Of a stretch of DNA of 64,000 nt, positions 58,497 through 64,000 are shown piece by piece (the stretch's first letter is position 1; each line of letters opens with the position of its first letter). The position numbers were made by a program, and so were the translations under genes. Source of the stretch: an uncultured Verrucomicrobiae bacterium (GTDB lineage: Bacteria > Verrucomicrobiota > Verrucomicrobiia > Chthoniobacterales > JAFAMB01); the NCBI GenBank assembly GCA_963837955.1, contig CAWIPH010000002.1, positions 1,312,001 through 1,376,000 on the forward strand, given 5' to 3'. The notes beneath the pieces were generated by a model. That model worked only from the letters and a program-made list of their open reading frames with translations. It did no database searches and had not been told where the DNA came from.

Positions 58497-59207
58497 CTAC
58501 TGTGCCGTGAGTTTCTTGGGAAACTCGTCGTGCAGATACTCAGAAATGTCGCGCTGCAAGATCTGGTAACCAGCTTGACTTAAATGGATTTGATCGCTCC
58601 GGAAAAGTGAGCCGATCGGTTGATGGTCCGGACCGAGCAAATCGGAATAAATGTCAATATAGTCGGTATCCGATTGCGTATCCAAGAAGTTGCCCACCAA
58701 CTGGTTGAATCGCTCGATGTTGTGAATGTACTTGAATCGAGCAGGACATGGTTTGACAGAAACGAACGCAATCGGGAGTTCGGGCGAAGAGGTTCGCAGC
58801 ATGAAAAAGAGTTGCCGGAAAGAGTCGAAGACCTTTTCCGGATCGGTTCCGGTCGCGAGATCGTTGTCTCCGGCGTAAATAACCACGGCCGATGGTTTCA
58901 GAGGGAGCACCACTCGAGGGGCGAAATAGAGACAATCAGTGAGCCGGGAACCGCCGAACCCGCAGTTCACTACCGCGTAATCGGGCAAATCCTGGGATAG
59001 CGTGTTCCAGAGGCGAATCGACGAGCTGCCGTAGAACACAATCGGTCTGGGCGGCGGATCAACGAGTTTGGCTTGCAACGCCTCGATCTCAGGTTCGAAC
59101 GGATTGGTCACCGATTGCGCAGTCGCTTGAGCGCCCGAAAAAATCAGGAAAGAGGCGCTATAAAGCGACAAACACCATTTAGCGAATGTGGGCGCTGCTA
59201 TCGGCAT
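58497..59207 (-). CDS. SGNH/GDSL hydrolase
   Basis: FYGSSSIRLW, NCGFGGS, YAGDND, DQIH. Confidence 0.9.
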   Translation of the reverse strand: MPIAAPTFAKWCLSLYSASFLIFSGAQATAQSVTNPFEPEIEALQAKLVDPPPRPIVFYGSSSIRLWNTLSQDLPDYAVVNCGFGGSRLTDCLYFAPRVVLPLKPSAVVIYAGDNDLATGTDPEKVFDSFRQLFFMLRTSSPELPIAFVSVKPCPARFKYIHNIERFNQLVGNFLDTQSDTDYIDIYSDLLGPDHQPIGSLFRSDQIHLSQAGYQILQRDISEYLHDEFPKKLTAQ

Positions 59208-59341
59208 GTTTCTCGGGGAAATAAATGAGCTGAAACCCCACTATAACCGCACCCACAAATCAATAAAATATTTTGTTTAAATCCGCCCCGGAACAACTTC
59301 TTGCGGTTCGCTGGCGAATCACCTAGAAGGAAGCGGTCGCT

Positions 59342-59836
59342 ATGAGTTTTTTTGATTCAATTATCAGTGCTATCCAAAGTCCGCAGCACGCTGGAAGCAA
59401 TCAGGACGTCCAAAACGTCCTTAATCTTGCTCAGAACATTCCGGGAATCCAAGGAGCAGAAGGTCAAATCCTGAATGCCTTAGGCGGACCGATCCAGCAG
59501 GCCTTGAGCCAGCAGGGACCGGCCACGGCTCAGCAAACCGTAACAACGCTTTCACAAGGGAACGCCTCGGTTCAGGATCTACAGAATCTGTTCGGAGTGG
59601 ATCAGTTCAACAATATCGTGAACCAGGTTGCAGCCCGAACGGGTATCAGCAGCCAGCTCATTCTAGCCGCTATTCCGATGGTGATTCCTGTGATCATGAA
59701 ACTGTTAGCGACCGGCAATCATCAAACGAATGCCCAAGCCCCGAATCCGGTCTTGAATCAATTTCTAGGTGGACAGAACGGGGGCGCGCTCCTGAACGAG
59801 GTCTTTCAGTTGGCGTCTCAATACGGGAAAAAGTAA
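59342..59836 (+). CDS. DUF937-like hypothetical protein
   Basis: MSFFDSIISAI start, VAARTGI..LILAAIP.VIP..MKLL, Gln-rich helices. Confidence 0.7.
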   Translation: MSFFDSIISAIQSPQHAGSNQDVQNVLNLAQNIPGIQGAEGQILNALGGPIQQALSQQGPATAQQTVTTLSQGNASVQDLQNLFGVDQFNNIVNQVAARTGISSQLILAAIPMVIPVIMKLLATGNHQTNAQAPNPVLNQFLGGQNGGALLNEVFQLASQYGKK

Positions 59837-60435
59837 TTGAATTGGGAGGGCGTTGTTGCAACGCCCATCCGACCCCGAGCCGGTAGTCCGCTGGCTCCAA
59901 CCATGAGGCCTCGGTGTGAGCGCTCGACTGAGCTCACGACTTCGGGGAGCTAAACCACCCGCCGGCCGGTTTCGTTGTTTTCCAAAGGCGGCTCAGCCAT
60001 AGGTATTCTGAATTGCCATGGGCTGGTTCCTGACCGCCAGGGCTAAGTTCGGCCGCCCGCGAGCCTTTTAGCTGTCAAGACAAGTTGACATCGGCAGCCA
60101 CCGGCCGAAGCCATTTGCAGGAGTACGAGTCGCAGCAAAGCGCTGGTTCGACGGCGGATTGAACGGAATCTTGCCCGGAAGCCCTGAAATCGCAGAGACC
60201 GTCCTCCGGTGCAATCGACCTGTGAAGTCAATCTATAAATATTATAGGAGACCTCAGTTTTCCTCTGAGTCTCAAAATTGCAACAAGTTTGGTTGCATCT
60301 GCGAAATCGGCTCTCATTGTTGCCGGCGACTTGTGCAGTTTTGGCACAAGTCGGTCATTCGTAAGAATCGCAAATAGAATAAGTACCAGAATGCCATGGC
60401 CTTCGCCTCAGCATTCTGTAACAGGAGACTCTTGT

Positions 60436-61578
60436 ATGAGAAAAAAATTATTACTGCTTTTGGCCGCGGTCACCGTGGCAACCACCCTCGGGCGCGAAAC
60501 CAGCGCTGGTTTTGCATCAACCAATGGCGTTAATGTAACCGTGGGGCTGCGGACACAGCCCATTAACGATCTGGCCTTTGGTGCGCCGACTCATCCTGGC
60601 AACGGCCTGGTCTTTGGTGCGCCGACTCATCCTGGCAACGGCCTGGTCTTTGGTGGTCCGACTCATCCCGGCAACGGCCTGGTCTTTGGTGGTCCGACTC
60701 ATCCTGGCAACGGCCTAGTCTTTGGTGGTCCGACTCATCCTGGCAGCGGCCTAGTCTTTGGTGCGCCGACTCATCCTGGCAACGGCCTAGTCTTTGGTGC
60801 GCCGACTCATCCTGGCAACGGCCTAGTCTTTGGTGCGCCGACTCATCCCGGCAACGGCCTGGTCTTTGGTGGTCCGACTCATCCCGGCAACGGCCTGGTC
60901 TTTGGTGGTCCGACTCATCCTGGCAACGGCCTGGTCTTTGGTGGTCCGACTCATCCGATCAGCGGCCTAGTCTTTGGTGCGCCGACTCATCCGGGCAACG
61001 GCCTAGTCTTTGGTGGCCCGACTCACCCACCGATAAGCGGCTTAGTGTTTGGTGGCCCGACTCACCCGCCGATCAGCGGCTTAGTCTTTGGTGGCCCGAC
61101 TCACCCGCCGATCAGCGGCTTAGTGTTTGGTGGCCCGACTCACCCGCCGATCAGCAGCTTAGTCTTTGGTGGGCCGACCCATCCCTCGGCCAGCCGCGTT
61201 ATGGCGAGGACCGGCGATTTTGTAATGCTTCCTCTCGGAACAGAAACCGGCCGTCATATCCGGAGGGGGAGTCTCGAATCTGAAAAGTCCGCCAAAGACT
61301 CGGAGTTGAGCAAATCGACTGTTTCGAATCCGCTCGCTATGCTCCCTTTGGGTAGGGAGAGCGGCCGACACATCCGGACCGAGAGCGCAAGAGATATCCA
61401 CTCTGAGTCTGGTAAACACCAAGATGCGAATCCTATCGCACTGAACGGTCATCTGGGTATCGGCTATGCGATGCTGCCTTTAGGAGCGGAGACGGGACGA
61501 CACATCCGGAATCTGGACGAAAATAACAGAGCGACCGAAAGGACCGTCGTCGCGAGTGAACCGAAAGCGAGTGCGTAA
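60436..61578 (+). CDS. secreted repeat protein / possible multi-core peptide precursor (380 aa)
   Basis: AGGAG RBS; signal peptide MRKKLLLLLAAVTVA; 17x FG[AG]PTHP and 3x MLPLGxExGRHIR. Confidence 0.8.
   Translation: MRKKLLLLLAAVTVATTLGRETSAGFASTNGVNVTVGLRTQPINDLAFGAPTHPGNGLVFGAPTHPGNGLVFGGPTHPGNGLVFGGPTHPGNGLVFGGPTHPGSGLVFGAPTHPGNGLVFGAPTHPGNGLVFGAPTHPGNGLVFGGPTHPGNGLVFGGPTHPGNGLVFGGPTHPISGLVFGAPTHPGNGLVFGGPTHPPISGLVFGGPTHPPISGLVFGGPTHPPISGLVFGGPTHPPISSLVFGGPTHPSASRVMARTGDFVMLPLGTETGRHIRRGSLESEKSAKDSELSKSTVSNPLAMLPLGRESGRHIRTESARDIHSESGKHQDANPIALNGHLGIGYAMLPLGAETGRHIRNLDENNRATERTVVASEPKASA
60562..61185 (+). repeat. coding tandem repeat, 13 x 36 bp + 4 x 39 bp
   Basis: Unit GGCAACGGCCT[AG]GTCTTTGGTG[CG][GT]CCGACTCATCC[TC]; every unit keeps the reading frame. 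Confidence 0.95.
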
Positions 61579-61660
61579 AATTCGGATTTGCGAAAGGCCA
61601 AACGAGGAAGCGGCCTGAGAAAAAGGTATTAGTTCTTATTTTGGGAAGAAGAGACCCAGC

Positions 61661-62191
61661 TCACGGCTCGACAAAGCTCGAATGCATAACGACAATCACC
61701 CAGTTATCGTTAATTTTTCGGAAGACCATCGTCGAAGTGCCGAGCGTTTTCCCTTTCTTCTGAAAAACTGTCCACCAGTCCAGCCCAACGGCCACATCTG
61801 GTGAGACCAGTTGAATTTGAACGCGGTCATAGACGACAGAACCCATTTCGTCTCGATTGGGGTAGCCACGGTGATATGTCGCATTGACGTCCGCCCAGCC
61901 CTTCAATTGCTCCCCCTCAATGACCACCAGTAAATCTGGGGATTTCCAACAGGGAGCGAGGTATCCATCGATATCGTGCGCATTCCAACGGTCGCCCATA
62001 TTGATGAGCAAGGTATATATTTGCTGGTAGTCAGACGGATCTAGCTGGGGTGCAGACTGTGTTGCTGAAGGCTTGATGGAATCAAAACCCCAGGTGCCAT
62101 AGGTCGGGGCGTTCTGCGCGAAAAGAGCGGTCACAGGAAAGGAGCACAGCGTCCCCAAGAGGAGGGAGCGGAGGAGCTTTTTAGTGACCAT
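61661..62191 (-). CDS. secreted NTF2-like (SnoaL/DUF4440) protein
   Basis: Signal peptide; WNAHDIDGYL, GW..V...Y...YP...MG, MVFRKINDNWVIVVMHSS. Confidence 0.85.
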   Translation of the reverse strand: MVTKKLLRSLLLGTLCSFPVTALFAQNAPTYGTWGFDSIKPSATQSAPQLDPSDYQQIYTLLINMGDRWNAHDIDGYLAPCWKSPDLLVVIEGEQLKGWADVNATYHRGYPNRDEMGSVVYDRVQIQLVSPDVAVGLDWWTVFQKKGKTLGTSTMVFRKINDNWVIVVMHSSFVEP

Positions 62192-62913
62192 AGACAAACG
62201 TGCTGTTCTGTTTAGCAGCTTTTTCCCGCTAAACTAGTTATTTCTAGAAATTATGTGTTTTTAATCTCAATTATGAGAAATCGAGGATTTTCGAAGTTAA
62301 GACGATTCTCACTGGGATTCTTGCGTAGAATTTAAATCATCGGACGAGTTTCCGTAAAGATTATAAATATTTGAGGCGGGGTTACGGAACCCGCCCTGCG
62401 CATGACGGCGCAAGTTATCCGAGGGAGATATTAGAGTCGGTGCTGGCGCCCTTCGGTGTGCAATTTCGGCGCACACTCGCCCAGATAGCTCAGGTTCGGC
62501 GCAGGCGAACCGCGATTAGTTAGGCCCAAACTCGCCTGGCATACCCTCGAAACCGACTCTAAGAAGTTCTGCAGAGTTCGCTCGACCGAGGTCGCAGACG
62601 CCTGGAGATCCAGTGCTTGTTTCAGAGTCGGTTGGTGATAGCGATTCTCACTGAGCAGATTCATATCAAGGAAGGAGATTTTGGAGAGTGGCTTGGTATT
62701 GAAAAAAAACCATACTGCGGCATCCCGATCGGCTGGTCCGCACCTTCTCGAAACTTTGGAAGCGGGTCCTCTGGTGGATCGAAGGATTCTTTGTCGGCTG
62801 CGCCGCGGCGAGAATCTGTGAACACCTCGGTTATTGCGTTCCGATTTAATATCCTTGCTGTGGCCAAATACCGACCGATATAACACCGGAAAGCCGCAAA
62901 TGGAGATTGACCG

Positions 62914-64000
62914 GTGAACTCGGAGTCTTTTGGTGTTCTCGGTGCGTCAGGTCATTATCCGGCGTCCAATTCTTTGCCGCGTTTGCGCATCTTCGTTTCG
63001 TCGCCGGGAGATGTGGATACCGAACGCCAGATTGCTAGCCGAGTTATCGACCGGTTGCGTGTGCGATTTCAAGAGCATGGCGAGATCGATCCATATTTCT
63101 GGGAGTACGAACCGATGCGCCATCACGCGACGTTCCAGAATCAGATACCGCCCACATCTGATTTTGATGTTGTTATCTGCATTCTTTGGTCTCGGCTCGG
63201 AACCCCACTGATAGGTCCGGACGGAAAACGCTACGCTTCGGGGACCGAGTACGAGGTCGCGTCCGCGCGCGAATCATGGAAAACCACCGGGAGTCCGGAG
63301 GTCATGATCTATCTGCATGACGCGCCCGCGCAGATTCGGCAATTCCCAGACTCCGAATTTCAAAAGATGGTGGATCAGTTGAAGGCGCTCAAACGCTTTG
63401 TCGCCGAATATTGCCAAGATCCGGCGACGGGGGAGATTAAGGGTGCGTTTACTACTTATCGAGACCTCGGTCAGTTCGAGACACTGCTCGAAAAACATCT
63501 AGAAAAACTGATCGAGCGAAAACTGCCGAAGCGGTGGATTGATCAACGCACCGAGATAACCCCACATTGGGTGGGCCAGAGCCCTTTCCGGGGCTTGGCC
63601 GCCTTCGACTTTGAGCATTCACCGATCTTTTTCGGACGGACGAAAGCCGTGGGAGAGGTGCTCGCCCAGTTGCGCCGGCGAATGGGAGCAGTCGAAGATG
63701 CGCGAGCGGCCAAGATGCCAGAGATAACCGCTGCGGCCTTTGTACTCGTTTCCGCCATGAGCGGGGTGGGCAAATCGTCCCTGGTTCGAGCCGGCATTTT
63801 GCCGCTGCTGGTGGAGCCTGGAAACGGCATTGCGCTCTGGCGCCGCGCGGAGGTGCGACCAAGCGAGTTTGCTGGTGATCTCTTCGACGGCTTAGCCCGC
63901 GCGCTCTGCGCTGAGGAAGCGTTGCCAGAGTTGCTGAGCGGCGAGACAACGGTGGAAACGGTTGCTGGTTTTCTGCGTCGGAATCCGGCCGGCATCGAAT
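62914..64000 (+). CDS. DUF4062/TIR-like domain fused to STAND (nSTAND1-like) NTPase; runs off window, absent from ORF track
   Basis: Own translation from GTG 62914 (GGAG upstream): LRIFVSSPGDVDTER..FWEYEP..ILWSRLGTP..SGTEYE..SPFRGLAAF..FFGR..AMSGVGKSSLVRAG; no stop seen. Confidence 0.85.
   Translation, partial: MNSESFGVLGASGHYPASNSLPRLRIFVSSPGDVDTERQIASRVIDRLRVRFQEHGEIDPYFWEYEPMRHHATFQNQIPPTSDFDVVICILWSRLGTPLIGPDGKRYASGTEYEVASARESWKTTGSPEVMIYLHDAPAQIRQFPDSEFQKMVDQLKALKRFVAEYCQDPATGEIKGAFTTYRDLGQFETLLEKHLEKLIERKLPKRWIDQRTEITPHWVGQSPFRGLAAFDFEHSPIFFGRTKAVGEVLAQLRRRMGAVEDARAAKMPEITAAAFVLVSAMSGVGKSSLVRAGILPLLVEPGNGIALWRRAEVRPSEFAGDLFDGLARALCAEEALPELLSGETTVETVAGFLRRNPAGIE

Noticed and set aside
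60340..60360. TGGCAC upstream of the repeat protein as a sigma-54 promoter
   Set aside because: Lacks the -12 GC at the required spacing.
60562..61185. 36-bp repeats as a CRISPR array
   Set aside because: Units are head-to-tail with no unique spacers, stay in frame inside a signal-peptide ORF, and no cas genes are present.
62431..62886. ORFs on both strands upstream of the STAND gene
   Set aside because: No recognisable motifs and conflicting frames; cannot tell which, if any, is real.

Overview
Bacterial chromosomal window. Gene content (UBact-proteasome, Zn-ribbon Ser/Thr kinases with KSIAVLPF/TPR sensors, FxTTxWSVV-type ECF sigma) suggests a soil Verrucomicrobiota (Chthoniobacterales-like) genome; this is inference. 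Left to right: a probable N-heterocycle/amide scavenging cluster (1-12 kb); a deoxyhypusine-synthase-like gene; cyt c/PCuAC/SCO; mop-modA-modB; a UBact-prcB-prcA proteasome unit whose 58-aa UBact gene is missing from the ORF track; cell-wall genes; pfkA; a tandem pair of small secreted paralogues (one with a possible Cys-His-Asp triad); an ECF sigma + two Ser/Thr kinase module flanked by three copies of an identically spaced promoter motif (TGAAAC-N18-TTGTA-N5/6-TGAAGG); glcDEF + lactate/glycolate permease; paoABC-xdhC plus a broken mocA; a secreted protein made of 17 FG[AG]PTHP and 3 MLPLGxExGRHIR repeats (possible multi-core peptide precursor); and a DUF4062-like/STAND NTPase that runs off the right edge. 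Intergenic DNA is rich in REP/REPIN-like palindromes and short tandem repeats. No rRNA, tRNA, CRISPR array or transposase was recognised.
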